A stretch of 64,000 nt of DNA. Source: an uncultured Mycoplasmatota bacterium (GTDB lineage Bacteria; Bacillota_I; Bacilli_A; RF39; UBA660). Below, piece after piece: positions 17,245-27,663 of this stretch. Both the position numbers and the translations under genes were made by a program. The notes below the pieces were generated by a model, which worked only from the letters and a program-made list of their open reading frames with translations, made no database searches and was not told the origin of the DNA. How positions within the stretch are numbered: the first letter of the stretch is position 1; each line of letters opens with the position of its first letter. The DNA lies in contig URZY01000003.1 in NCBI GenBank assembly GCA_900552495.1, forward strand, positions 110,627-174,626. Direction: 5' to 3'.

Positions 17245-19926
17245 TTAAATATTTTCATTTCTAATGGTTTCAATTGTGTTTTGTTTATCTATTTTATTGA
17301 TTGAATATTTCATAATAAAGAATAGTAATAGGAAAACAACTAAAACTGAAATAATTATAGCAATATATGGAGGACGGAATTTTACAATAACATCTCCATC
17401 ACTTAGTAATGTATATATCAAATATGAAAGAAGTGTTCCTATTGGGATACTAAATATCAAGGCTTTTGTACCATAGAAAATACTTTCTAAACGAATCATC
17501 CGATTGAATTCTTTTTTGGTCATACCAATACTTTTTAGCATAGCAAATTCTCTTCTTCTAAGATTCATATTGGTAGTGATAGTATTAAAAATATTGGTTA
17601 TTCCAATTAAAGCAATAACAGTAATGAAACCATATAGGAAAATACTTACAAGTGTAATTAGTGAAGTCATCTGCTTAACACTTTCGTTGATATTCTTAAT
17701 GTAAATGTTAGTATTATCAAAGATTTCCTTTAAGGAAGCCGTTGTTTTATCAGGATTAGATGAATCGATATAAATTACTTCACTGTGATTTTGAGGAATA
17801 AGATTTTTAGCAGCGTCTTTATGCATAATTATAATGGCATCATAATTGACATCAATTATACCAGCTGGTACAATATCCGCAGTTTTACCAATTTCAATAG
17901 TTAATTCACCAACTGTTTTTTCTGTATCAGTATTAGCATCATATTCAAAGGCCTGAAGCGAAATCTTATCGCCAGCTTTGTAGGCATATTTTTCAAGTTC
18001 AAAAGCTTTTGTTTTATTATCATCGAGCATATAAGTCTCGTAAACAGTATTTAAAAGAATGGCCTTATTCTTTTTATCTTTATCGTTGTAATTAATTTCT
18101 TTGGTATAACGTGAATAAGTTTCATCATCTAAGGCAGCATATAAAATACTTCCCTTTTTGCTTGAATCCGAAATTAAATCCTCATAATATGACTTATTAT
18201 ATTTCTTTGTGGCCGCGAGATATTCTTTTGAATAATTAGGTTTTTTGACATTTAAATAGCCTTCAGTTGCATAAGTTATTCTTTTAATATTTGGAAGATC
18301 ATAGATTTCAGTTACGTATTCTGATAGTCCAATATTATCTTCAAAATTATAACGGACACTGACATTGTAATTTAGAGTGGCATAGTTAACTTTAATTAAA
18401 TCATAGGCAAAAGAGATAAAGGCCGATAAGGCAATAAAGACAGTGACACAAACAGCTATACTAACGACAGTGGCACGGTATTTTTTCTTACTACGCTCGA
18501 GATTCTTATGCGCAATTTCACCACCAATTCCGAAAGTACGTTTTATTAATTTTGATGTTTTAATTTTTTTCTTTTTGTTAATCTTTATATCGTCACTATT
18601 TCTAATAGCATTAATTGGCGTTATTTTGCTAGCGCGACGGGCACTTTTCCTTGCTGACAAAAGTAATGTTATTAAACTTAAGATACTGGCAAAGATTATT
18701 GCTAAATAAGATAATTTAAATACTAATACTAAATTCATTACATCCTTTAAGAAAACATTAGTAATAATAATTAAAATATAGGCAGCTAAGTTACCACATA
18801 ATAAGCCTATTGGGATACCTAAAAGTCCAAGTAGTAAAGCTTCTGTGTAGACATTTTTCTTTATTTGCTTTCTTGTTGCGCCAATACTTGCAAGCATTCC
18901 ATATTGTTTAGTTTTTTCTGTTATCGAAATAGCAAAACTATTATGAATACAAAAAACTGAAGTAACAATTATAATTCCGATTACAACCATAGCAGCATTT
19001 CTTAATGCTATTAGAAAGGAATCTTTAGTAGAACCAGATTCAAGAGTGACAACTTGACTATTACTGGCATAACTGTATTTAGCCTTTTCAATTTCTTTTA
19101 GAGTATTTTTATATTCTGCATTGGAAGTATAATCATAATTTTTACAGGTTTTTTCATACTCTGTTGGATTTATACCTAGAATTCCGGCTGTTGTTTTGCA
19201 ATGACTTAAAACACCTGCTTGAGTATATCTCGCATAAACACTAACATCCCCAGTAATATTCTTTTCGTCCAAATAAGTTATTATAGAATACCCTGGAGCG
19301 CTATATGGCTCAAATGTTAAAGGAGGTCTTTCTATAATTCCTACTACTTTATAGGTTTTTGTAGTTGTATTTTCAATTTTTTCATTATTTTCTTCAATAT
19401 AAGGATTATGTTGATTAGCAACACTTCCATCAATGGTACGGGTTCCAACGGCAATTGTTAATTCATCACCAACATTGATTTTTACTTGACCATTAGTACG
19501 AAGATGATTAGAAATAATAATTTCATTTTCATTTTGAGGAAGTTTTCCTTTTATTAACTTAATACCTAGATTCTTTAGAGCTTTCTTACTAAATGCGTTA
19601 ACATGAAGATAAGGTTTAGCCTCATTTTTTATTTCTTTTAGTTTAGCATAACCTAGTGGCTTTACGAGAGAAATATCTTCTATTTTCTTGTTTAATTTAA
19701 AATCATTAAGGTTTTTGGAAGGAACGTCGTAAAAAACATAGTGATAATTTCCACGCTCTTTAAGTTCAAAACGCAGAAGTGACTCTTGGGCACTAAAAAA
19801 CATACTAGCAACAGCTGTTATTAAGGCTGTTGAAAGAATTATTCCAATTACTGTAACAATGGTACGTTTCTTATTTAGTTTTAAGTTTTTTATTGTAAGT
19901 TTATTTAGCAAATTCATATTATTCAC
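17245..19926 (-). CDS. FtsX-family ABC transporter permease with two FtsX modules and large extracellular domains (BceB/MacB-like)
   Basis: 893 aa; repeated 4-TM FtsX-like blocks separated by large hydrophilic domains; overlaps the ATPase gene by 8 nt. Confidence 0.8.
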   Translation of the reverse strand: MNNMNLLNKLTIKNLKLNKKRTIVTVIGIILSTALITAVASMFFSAQESLLRFELKERGNYHYVFYDVPSKNLNDFKLNKKIEDISLVKPLGYAKLKEIKNEAKPYLHVNAFSKKALKNLGIKLIKGKLPQNENEIIISNHLRTNGQVKINVGDELTIAVGTRTIDGSVANQHNPYIEENNEKIENTTTKTYKVVGIIERPPLTFEPYSAPGYSIITYLDEKNITGDVSVYARYTQAGVLSHCKTTAGILGINPTEYEKTCKNYDYTSNAEYKNTLKEIEKAKYSYASNSQVVTLESGSTKDSFLIALRNAAMVVIGIIIVTSVFCIHNSFAISITEKTKQYGMLASIGATRKQIKKNVYTEALLLGLLGIPIGLLCGNLAAYILIIITNVFLKDVMNLVLVFKLSYLAIIFASILSLITLLLSARKSARRASKITPINAIRNSDDIKINKKKKIKTSKLIKRTFGIGGEIAHKNLERSKKKYRATVVSIAVCVTVFIALSAFISFAYDLIKVNYATLNYNVSVRYNFEDNIGLSEYVTEIYDLPNIKRITYATEGYLNVKKPNYSKEYLAATKKYNKSYYEDLISDSSKKGSILYAALDDETYSRYTKEINYNDKDKKNKAILLNTVYETYMLDDNKTKAFELEKYAYKAGDKISLQAFEYDANTDTEKTVGELTIEIGKTADIVPAGIIDVNYDAIIIMHKDAAKNLIPQNHSEVIYIDSSNPDKTTASLKEIFDNTNIYIKNINESVKQMTSLITLVSIFLYGFITVIALIGITNIFNTITTNMNLRRREFAMLKSIGMTKKEFNRMIRLESIFYGTKALIFSIPIGTLLSYLIYTLLSDGDVIVKFRPPYIAIIISVLVVFLLLFFIMKYSINKIDKQNTIETIRNENI

Positions 19927-20587
19927 CTACAATCTTACCATCTTCAATATGAATAATTCGATCAGCGTTTTTGGCAATTTCCATATTGTGAGTAATCATA
20001 ATAATTGTTTGTTTGTATTTTTTATTAGATAATTTTAATAATTCTACTATTTCATCACTGGATTTAGAATCTAGATTTCCTGTTGGTTCATCAGCCAAGA
20101 CAATGGTTGGGTTGGTTATTAAAGCTCTTCCAATAGAAGTTCTTTGTTGTTGTCCACCTGATAGTTCGTTAGGAAGATGTCCTCGCCTACTTTCTAAGCC
20201 TAAAGTTCTGATTAGAGAATCAAGATTTTCCTTATTTACTTCACGATTATCAAGACTTAATGGAAGAGTAATATTTTCTTCAACATTAAGAATAGGAATT
20301 AAATTGTAAAACTGATAAATTAAGCCTACCTGTCGGCGACGAAAAATAGCTAGTTTATCATCATCAAAGTTGTAAATATCTTTACCATCAATGTAGACTT
20401 TTCCACTAGTAGGACGATCTACTCCGCCAATCAAATGAAGAAGAGTTGATTTTCCACTACCACTTGCTCCTACTATAGCAACAAATTCACCTTTTTCCAC
20501 CGAAAAAGATACATTGTTGATGGCTGTTACCTTAGTAGAACCTTTGCCATATACTTTTGTTAATTTTTCAACTTTTAATATTTCCAT
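19919..20587 (-). CDS. ABC transporter ATP-binding protein (BceA/MacB-NBD-like)
   Basis: Walker A GASGSGKSTLL, signature LSGGQQQR, Walker B LADEPTGNLD. Confidence 0.9.
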   Translation of the reverse strand: MEILKVEKLTKVYGKGSTKVTAINNVSFSVEKGEFVAIVGASGSGKSTLLHLIGGVDRPTSGKVYIDGKDIYNFDDDKLAIFRRRQVGLIYQFYNLIPILNVEENITLPLSLDNREVNKENLDSLIRTLGLESRRGHLPNELSGGQQQRTSIGRALITNPTIVLADEPTGNLDSKSSDEIVELLKLSNKKYKQTIIMITHNMEIAKNADRIIHIEDGKIVGE

Positions 20588-20620
20588 AAATTAGACTCCT
20601 TTCGTTTTACAAGTTCATTA

Positions 20621-20650
20621 TATGTTAACCTATGTTACGACTAAGTTACA
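20621..20650 (-). promoter_or_regulatory. Three direct repeats (TGTTAAC / TGTTAC / AGTTAC; GTAAC on the transcribed strand) at 10-11-bp spacing abutting the -10 (rc attata at 20610-20615) of the ABC-TCS operon; probable OmpR-type response-regulator binding site
   Basis: Repeats read directly at 20623-29, 20633-38, 20644-49; helical-turn periodicity and the position replacing a -35 are typical of OmpR/PhoB-family activator sites. Confidence 0.4.
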
Positions 20651-20656
20651 AAAATA

Positions 20657-20681
20657 AAAAAAGTGATTAATTATCACTTTT
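20657..20681 (-). terminator. Rho-independent terminator for the upstream 174-aa gene (aaaaagtga / tcacttttt, 9-bp stem) overlapping its stop codon, followed on the minus strand by UUUUUUAUUUUU
   Basis: Perfect inverted repeat; strong U-tract. Confidence 0.6.
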
Positions 20682-21191
20682 TGACAATTTTTTTTTAGTT
20701 ACTGCTAATTGAGGTGTTTTGGGACCTTTTCCTAATATATAGTTATTGAATATTTCATGAGCAAATTCAAATGTTCTTACATAAGATTCTTCTTCATGAG
20801 TGGTTAATGAATCCCAATGCTTATCTGAATCAAAAGTTACTAAAGGATTATTTAATGTTTCTTGGGAATTATCCCCTACCCAAACTATAGAATATCCTTG
20901 AATAGTTCCGGCTATGTTTAAAAGGTAATGTGTTAAGTGACGAAGCGTATGGAAATGTTCTTCTCGGGGAATTAGTTCTCCCAAAATTTCAACTAAATCA
21001 TCTAATGAGACTTCTTCACGCTTATCTTCTGGTAATAGTTTTGTATTATCAAAAGCGGATATTTTTTCTAGAATATATTTTTTTAGTCCATCTTCAACAA
21101 GTCTCCCTTTCCCTTTAATATCTTCCTCCCAAAAGCCATTTTGAACTATTTCGCTATCTACTTTGAAATATACATCGTTAAATTCTCTCAT
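20667..21191 (-). CDS. Hypothetical cytoplasmic protein (174 aa, acidic, several His-rich stretches)
   Basis: Clean ORF with its own terminator; no family recognised. Confidence 0.4.
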   Translation of the reverse strand: MREFNDVYFKVDSEIVQNGFWEEDIKGKGRLVEDGLKKYILEKISAFDNTKLLPEDKREEVSLDDLVEILGELIPREEHFHTLRHLTHYLLNIAGTIQGYSIVWVGDNSQETLNNPLVTFDSDKHWDSLTTHEEESYVRTFEFAHEIFNNYILGKGPKTPQLAVTKKKLSKSDN

Positions 21192-21246
21192 AAAGTCCGT
21201 CCTTTCTAATGGTTTGTATTATAACATGGAAGAATAATATTGTCTA

Positions 21247-22395
21247 TTAAAGAGTTATTTTCTCTTTAGTAAATTTCTGTTCGACTAACTTTACAGGATA
21301 TGATTTGTCTCGTAAGATTGACGATATCGATAAGTCATTATGAATATTAAAAATAATTTCGGCAATATCTTTGGAGCAATCGCAGATGTGTAGCCATTTA
21401 GCAGTACTAAATTCTTTAGGGATGTAGGAAAGATTGGTAGTATATAAGCCATCAAACTTACCAGCTTTATAGTATTCTTCAAATCTTTCAATACCTTTGG
21501 TAAATAAAGCATAAGTCGTCATAAGATAGATATATTTAACATTACGTTTTTTTAATTCGTCTATCACATCAAACATTGAGGTTCCACTAGATATCATGTC
21601 ATCACTAACAATAGCTGTATAACCGGCAAGGTCTTCATTACCACAATAATCATGAGATATAACGGGATATTTACCGCCAATAAAGTTATTGTAATCACGC
21701 TGTTTTATAAAACTACCGGCTTCACGATGAATATATTTAGAATTAAAAGAATTTAGATAGACATTTCTTCTGCCTGTCGCACCATTATCTGGCGCAACGA
21801 AAACCAACTTTTTCAAACGGTTCATACTCATATCATTGATAAAACTTTCTAAAATTGTGTTGGTTGGAAAGAAATTGTCAAATTCCATATTGTGGATGGC
21901 ATGCTCTACACCTTGATCATGGGCATCAAAAGTGATAAAGCTTTTAATACTATGGATATTATCTAATTCGTGAAGCATCATTCCACAGGATAGGGCCTCT
22001 CTGGTATTTCGGCGATGCTGACGCCCATTATAAAGAAGTGGCATTATAATATTAATGGCTTTAGCGTGGCAATTACAAGCACAAATTCCATCCTTTAATT
22101 CCATTAATAAGTCATTAGGACTAGTATGATTTATTAGACCATGCATTTTATATTCTACAGAATAATTCCCAATATCAGTTAAAGTAAATATATCTTTTCC
22201 TCGAACGGTATCATCTATTTCTACTTTAAAATGACCATCTTCAAAAAAGTTTTCTTTAATAGGAACAATAAAAGTATATTTATTTTTGTCCAAATGATAC
22301 ATATCTAACAAGTGAGCATCTATTTTTTTCCCCAATTCCTCGGCACTCTTAAAAACTATTAATCTTAAATTTTCTTTTTCTATTTGTTTTTTCAT
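21247..22395 (-). CDS. Ribose-phosphate pyrophosphokinase (PRPP synthetase) family protein, long form with N-terminal extension
   Basis: 382 aa; Pribosyltran_N-like N-terminal half and PRPP-binding loop IVSDDMISSGTSMFDVIDELKKRN. Confidence 0.65.
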   Translation of the reverse strand: MKKQIEKENLRLIVFKSAEELGKKIDAHLLDMYHLDKNKYTFIVPIKENFFEDGHFKVEIDDTVRGKDIFTLTDIGNYSVEYKMHGLINHTSPNDLLMELKDGICACNCHAKAINIIMPLLYNGRQHRRNTREALSCGMMLHELDNIHSIKSFITFDAHDQGVEHAIHNMEFDNFFPTNTILESFINDMSMNRLKKLVFVAPDNGATGRRNVYLNSFNSKYIHREAGSFIKQRDYNNFIGGKYPVISHDYCGNEDLAGYTAIVSDDMISSGTSMFDVIDELKKRNVKYIYLMTTYALFTKGIERFEEYYKAGKFDGLYTTNLSYIPKEFSTAKWLHICDCSKDIAEIIFNIHNDLSISSILRDKSYPVKLVEQKFTKEKITL

Positions 22396-22476
22396 AATAA
22401 CTCCTTCTACTTAACTATATTTACATGAATTTCTAATTTAAAATCAAGAAAAAAATGCAGATCTTTTAATCTACAT

Positions 22477-23232
22477 TTATTCATAATCAACAACATTGAT
22501 CCATTTGCTTAGAAATTCTTGTTCTTCTTTTATATTCTTAGTCATTTGGGTTGCAGCAACAATTGGAATCCAACGTTGAATTGATTCCTTTGGAATTGAA
22601 CTAGCTTGTGAAAAGACAGTTAAATACTGGTCGGCTAGATCAGTTTTTCCTTCCATAGAAAATAATAAATAAGTTCTAGCGGCATCAGCTGCAGCATTGC
22701 CCTGGGTAACATGGGACCAGTCTATTACATAAACAGTTCCATCTTCTTTAATAATAACATTACTTGGATGATAATCACCATGGCATAGTTCGTCGTGGTT
22801 TTTCATACCGTGAAGGCGCTCCAGCAACTCATATTTGGTATTATCATCAATATTTGTGGCATTTTCTAATTTACGAGTAAATTTTTCTTTAATTCTAGTT
22901 AATAATGGCACTTTATTTTCTAAGATAATTAATTGTACTTTAACAAAAAGATTGAGATAATCATTTACTTTATCCGGTTCTTCAATCATCAATTGGCTAA
23001 TTGTTTTACCCTCAATATATTCTGAAACAATAGCCCAACGATTATCATATTTTTTTACTTCAAGAAGTTTAGGAACATTAAGATTAGAGTTTTCATCTAC
23101 CCTGGCTTGATTTAGAGCTTCATTTAAAATTTCTGACTTGGGATGAGACGGAACAAATAGTTTTATTACTTTGCCGTCTTCAACAAAAATTTCTTTATTT
23201 TTTCTTTCTGCGATTTTATTAGTTAATTCCAT
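22477..23232 (-). CDS. APH/choline-kinase-like phosphotransferase family protein
   Basis: Brenner motif HGDYHPSNVII and DWS in YVIDWSHV; 251 aa. Confidence 0.7.
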   Translation of the reverse strand: MELTNKIAERKNKEIFVEDGKVIKLFVPSHPKSEILNEALNQARVDENSNLNVPKLLEVKKYDNRWAIVSEYIEGKTISQLMIEEPDKVNDYLNLFVKVQLIILENKVPLLTRIKEKFTRKLENATNIDDNTKYELLERLHGMKNHDELCHGDYHPSNVIIKEDGTVYVIDWSHVTQGNAAADAARTYLLFSMEGKTDLADQYLTVFSQASSIPKESIQRWIPIVAATQMTKNIKEEQEFLSKWINVVDYE

Positions 23233-25839
23233 TTATTTGCCTCCATAATATGCATTTAAATACATTTGTTTTATTTCTCTCATTAATGGGAGTCTTGGAT
23301 TAGCTCCAGTACATTGATCATCAAAGGCTTGAGTTGTCATTTCATCTAAGGTACTTAAAAATAACTGTTCGTTAACATCGTAATCTCTAATTGTTTTCTT
23401 GATTCCAATTTTTTCTTTTAGTCTGTTAATCGCAGTAATTAAATTTTCCACCTTTTCCTCATCAGTTAAACCACCTAGGTTTAAAGCTTCGGCTATTTCG
23501 GCATAGCGTCTTAAAGTATGAGGATGATCATATTGCGGAAATGTTCCCATTTTAGTTGGAATTTCGGCACTATTGAATCTAATCACTTCTTCAATCATTA
23601 ATGCGTTGGCAATGCCATGTGGAATATGGTGGAATGCGCCCAACTTATGAGCCATTGAATGACAAACCCCAAGAAAAGCGTTGGCAAAAGCCATTCCAGC
23701 CATGGTTGCAGCATTGGCCATTTTTTCTCTAGCTTCTGGATCGTTGGCGCCATTATCGTAGGCACGAGGCAAATACTTAAAAATATTTTTCATTGCTTCT
23801 ATAGCAAGCCCATCAGTATATTCTGTTGCCATCATTGAGGCATAGGCTTCTAGAGCATGAGTTAGAGCATCTATTCCTGAGGCAGATGTTAAGCTTTTAG
23901 GAGCATTCATCATCATATTGGCATCAACTATAGCCATTTTTGGTAGCAATTCATAATCTGCTAATGGATATTTGGTATTGGTTTTTTCATCGGTAATTAC
24001 AGCAAATGGAGTTACTTCTGAACCGGTTCCGGCTGAGGTCGGTATAGCGATAAAGTAAGCTTTATCTCCCATTTTAGGGAAAGTATATACTCTTTTTCGA
24101 ATATCCATAAAGCGCATAGCCATATCCATAAAGTCCACTTCTGGATGTTCATACATCACCCACATGATTTTAGCGGCATCCATAGCTGAACCACCACCGA
24201 TTGCGATAATACAATCCGGTTTGAACATATTCATGGCTTTTGTTCCCTCAAGTGCGCAAGCTAGGGTTGGATCAGGTGCAACGTCAGAAAATGTTGTATA
24301 AGCAATATCTAACTCCTCTAATTTATCAGTAATTGGTTTGGTATAACCGTTTTCAAATAAGAAAGTATCTGTTACAATAAAAACCTTTTTCTTATTCATA
24401 ACTGTTTTTAATTCTTCTAAGGCAACCGGTAGGCAGCCTCTTTTAATATAAACCTTTTCTGGTGCTCTAAACCAAAGCATATTTTCTCTCCTTTCAGCCA
24501 CAGTTTTTATGTTTAATAGATGTTTGATTCCTACATTTTCAGAAACTGAGTTTCCACCCCAAGAGCCACAACCTAAAGTCAAGGACGGAGCCAACTTAAA
24601 GTTATATAAATCCCCAATTCCTCCTTGAGATGATGGAGTATTTACCAAGACACGACAGGTTTTCATACGCATATAGAACTTTTCTAGTTTGGCTTGCTCT
24701 GAAATAGTATTTATATATATTGATGAAGTATGGCCAAGGCCACCATCATCAATTAACTTTTCGGCTTTCTTGATAGCATCATCAAAGCTTGTTGCTTTAT
24801 ACATTGCAAGAACAGGAGAAAGTTTTTCGTGGGCAAATTCTTCGGACAAATCAACGCTTTCAACTTCGCCAATAAGTATTTTGGTATTATTTGGAACGTC
24901 AATTCCAGAAAGTGTAGCGATTGTTGAAGCTTGTTGTCCAACTATTTTAGCATTTAAAGCTCCGTTAATAATTATTGTTTTTCGAACTTTTTGTGTTTCT
25001 ATTGGGCTAAGAAAATAGCAACCTCTTTTTATAAATTCTGCTTTGACTTTATCATAAATGTCATCTAGAACAATTACCGATTGCTCGGAAGCACAAATCA
25101 TTCCGTTATCAAATGTTTTTGAATGAATGATTGAATTTACTGCTAAAATAACATCAGCACTGCTATCGATAATTGCTGGAGTGTTGCCGGCTCCAACACC
25201 TAGGGCTGGCTTACCACTTGAGTAAGCAGATTTAACCATACCTGGGCCACCAGTTGCAAGAATGGTATCGGCTTCGTGTAATAAGTAATTTGTTAGATCA
25301 AGTGAAGGAACATCAATCCAGGCAATTATATCTTCAGGGGCTCCAGCTTTAACAGCAGCCGATAAAACTATTTTGGCAGCGGCAATAGTTGATTCCTTAG
25401 CTCGTGGATGAGGACTTATTACAATACCATTTCTAGTTTTTAAGGCTAGTAGTGTTTTAAATATGGCTGTTGAGGTTGGGTTGGTGGTTGGAATAACAGC
25501 GGCAATTAAGCCTATTGGTTCTAAAACTTTTTTTATTCCATAAGCATTATCTTCTTCTATAACTCCACATGTTTTAGTATCACGATACTTATTGTAAATA
25601 TACTCGGCGGCATAATGATTTTTAATGATTTTATCTTCTACTACCCCCATTTTAGTTTCATTAACTGCCATTTGTGCTAAAGGAATTCGTGCACTGTTTG
25701 CAGCAATGGCAGCAGCTTGAAATATTTTATCGACTTGTTCTTGAGTATAATTAGCAAATTTTTTTTGAGCGTTTCTAACACGTTTTAATACTTCTTCTAA
25801 AGTTTCAACACTCGAAACAATTATTTCTTCTTTATTCAT
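23233..25839 (-). CDS. adhE: Bifunctional acetaldehyde-CoA / alcohol dehydrogenase
   Basis: 868 aa; N-terminal aldehyde dehydrogenase domain and C-terminal iron-containing alcohol dehydrogenase domain (...GGGSAMDAAK..., His-rich metal site). Confidence 0.95.
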   Translation of the reverse strand: MNKEEIIVSSVETLEEVLKRVRNAQKKFANYTQEQVDKIFQAAAIAANSARIPLAQMAVNETKMGVVEDKIIKNHYAAEYIYNKYRDTKTCGVIEEDNAYGIKKVLEPIGLIAAVIPTTNPTSTAIFKTLLALKTRNGIVISPHPRAKESTIAAAKIVLSAAVKAGAPEDIIAWIDVPSLDLTNYLLHEADTILATGGPGMVKSAYSSGKPALGVGAGNTPAIIDSSADVILAVNSIIHSKTFDNGMICASEQSVIVLDDIYDKVKAEFIKRGCYFLSPIETQKVRKTIIINGALNAKIVGQQASTIATLSGIDVPNNTKILIGEVESVDLSEEFAHEKLSPVLAMYKATSFDDAIKKAEKLIDDGGLGHTSSIYINTISEQAKLEKFYMRMKTCRVLVNTPSSQGGIGDLYNFKLAPSLTLGCGSWGGNSVSENVGIKHLLNIKTVAERRENMLWFRAPEKVYIKRGCLPVALEELKTVMNKKKVFIVTDTFLFENGYTKPITDKLEELDIAYTTFSDVAPDPTLACALEGTKAMNMFKPDCIIAIGGGSAMDAAKIMWVMYEHPEVDFMDMAMRFMDIRKRVYTFPKMGDKAYFIAIPTSAGTGSEVTPFAVITDEKTNTKYPLADYELLPKMAIVDANMMMNAPKSLTSASGIDALTHALEAYASMMATEYTDGLAIEAMKNIFKYLPRAYDNGANDPEAREKMANAATMAGMAFANAFLGVCHSMAHKLGAFHHIPHGIANALMIEEVIRFNSAEIPTKMGTFPQYDHPHTLRRYAEIAEALNLGGLTDEEKVENLITAINRLKEKIGIKKTIRDYDVNEQLFLSTLDEMTTQAFDDQCTGANPRLPLMREIKQMYLNAYYGGK

Positions 25840-25923
25840 GTTGGCCCTCCAATATTCTTTCTATCATACATTTAAAATTATACTATAATTTTTTTGCTTT
25901 TTCTATTATTTTTATACAAAAAA

Positions 25924-25941
25924 AAGATGAAAAATCATCTT
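25924..25941 (-). terminator. Intrinsic terminator (aagatga-aaaa-tcatctt) followed by U8 on the minus strand, separating the DUF3267-like gene from adhE
   Basis: 7-bp stem directly abutting the stop codon at 25942; long A-run on the plus strand 5' of it. Confidence 0.6.
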
Positions 25942-26652
25942 TTAGATAATTAGATTCAAAAAAAGAAAAGTTAGAAAAACTAAGGCGATTATAATACTGG
26001 CTTTACTAACATGAAATTTTTTTAAATCATTTCTAGGAACACTAGCAGTCGATTCTATATAATTCAAGCCAAAATGCGATATTTTTGAAACATCTTCACT
26101 TGAGTGAATAGCAAATTGAATTGGATTATCAAATTCAGTAAATTCAATATCTTTATTTAGTTTCAAAAGATAGAAAAACATAATCAAATCTCCACTACAT
26201 CCAGATATATTTAAAATAGATAAATATAAAAGGGTTGGCAGATTATAGAAAATGGCAATAATATAGGTAATTACGCCTATAAAAGTAAAGGGAAACAAAA
26301 TAGAAATACATATATTTCGTTTACTAATATTTTGTTTACATAAACAATAAAGAACACCCTTTTCTAAATATGCTCCATAAACAATTTTCTTAAATGACGC
26401 TTTATTTAGAACATAGCCAAGACTGTGTAATAATTCATGTAAAAACATATATCCTACATAAAAGACTAATAAAATAACTAAATTGATATTTTTTAAGTCT
26501 GCTGTTTTAGGGGCAATAATAAAACTTGCTGCCATACAAATGGCTAATAATATCAAAGATAAGATATTTGTTATAGTCATATTCATTTCAAAAATATAAT
26601 ATTTTTTATTGTCTTTTGCCATTGGAAACCTCCTATGCAAAATATTGTTCAT
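25942..26652 (-). CDS. DUF3267-like polytopic membrane protein with intramembrane HExxH motif (putative membrane zinc peptidase)
   Basis: 236 aa; HELLHS adjacent to a TM helix; 5-6 TM segments. Confidence 0.5.
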   Translation of the reverse strand: MNNILHRRFPMAKDNKKYYIFEMNMTITNILSLILLAICMAASFIIAPKTADLKNINLVILLVFYVGYMFLHELLHSLGYVLNKASFKKIVYGAYLEKGVLYCLCKQNISKRNICISILFPFTFIGVITYIIAIFYNLPTLLYLSILNISGCSGDLIMFFYLLKLNKDIEFTEFDNPIQFAIHSSEDVSKISHFGLNYIESTASVPRNDLKKFHVSKASIIIALVFLTFLFLNLII

Positions 26653-27301
26653 AATATTTAATTGATTTTTCTACTAAGTTTTCAGTTAAGTCGCTAACAG
26701 TATTAGCATTTTTGATAAAATCAAGAAATTTATCTTTTCCCATAGTTTCTAGTAGATAGCTAACCATTATATATGCATAGTCATAACTATCATAGTCATG
26801 AAAGCCAAATTCTTCTTCTAATTCACGCATTTTAGGAACGGGGATTTTTTTAATATAATTTTGAAGCAACCATTTAACTCCACGCTTATATGTACCATCT
26901 AAGTATTTAGCAATACCTTCTGTTAACCATTCTGGCTGTTTTCCATACAATGTGTATTCTATAGCATGAATTAATTCATGATAAATAACTAAGTCATATT
27001 CATTTTTAGACCATTCGTTAGGATTGGGATTTTCTTTTGGTTCAAAAAAGTTTAGAGACTGATCTTCATCCTTAAAACAGGCGCAACAATAGTCTGGTAT
27101 ATTTTTAAATCCTCGTTCTCTTAGACCGTCTTTTAAATCTTCTATCGTATCATAGACATAGATTTTATAATTAAATTGGTCGCTGTCTTTGACTTGAAAA
27201 AAATCAAGGATTGATTGTTTACTCTCCCTTATTACTGCATCAATTCTATTTACATATTTTTCTGTTTTTGCTGTGCAAACATATTCGTTCAATTTAATCA
27301 C
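26633..27301 (-). CDS. Putative soluble zinc metallopeptidase (HExxH...E gluzincin-like; DUF2268/YjaZ-like)
   Basis: 222 aa; VIYHELIHAIEY...TEGIA; overlaps the downstream DUF3267-like gene by 20 nt. Confidence 0.4.
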   Translation of the reverse strand: MIKLNEYVCTAKTEKYVNRIDAVIRESKQSILDFFQVKDSDQFNYKIYVYDTIEDLKDGLRERGFKNIPDYCCACFKDEDQSLNFFEPKENPNPNEWSKNEYDLVIYHELIHAIEYTLYGKQPEWLTEGIAKYLDGTYKRGVKWLLQNYIKKIPVPKMRELEEEFGFHDYDSYDYAYIMVSYLLETMGKDKFLDFIKNANTVSDLTENLVEKSIKYYEQYFA

Positions 27302-27352
27302 TCCTTATTATCTTGATTTTAACACAGTTTATATACTTTTAAAAGAAAAAGA

Positions 27353-27652
27353 TTAATTCTTTTGAGTTAATCTTTTTATACGTTTTTTGACAAGTAACAC
27401 TAATTCCATTGAAGCATTAATTTTATTTAAAACTAATAGAGCATCCTGGAGTTTTGTTATTTCTGATAATTCTTCTTCATATTTTTTTGCTTCTTCGACA
27501 TAATTAAAATTTGGGATAGGATTGATTTCAATAAAGGCTCTTATATAATTTTCAATATCTTTTAGTACATAGACTTTTAATGGGTAATCATCCATATAAG
27601 TTACACCATAGTAACCACCTACTAAATATTTAAATTGATCTTTTAAATCCAT
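27353..27652 (-). CDS. Small hypothetical protein (99 aa)
   Basis: ORF only. Confidence 0.3.
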   Translation of the reverse strand: MDLKDQFKYLVGGYYGVTYMDDYPLKVYVLKDIENYIRAFIEINPIPNFNYVEEAKKYEEELSEITKLQDALLVLNKINASMELVLLVKKRIKRLTQKN

Positions 27653-27663
27653 AATATCAGTCC

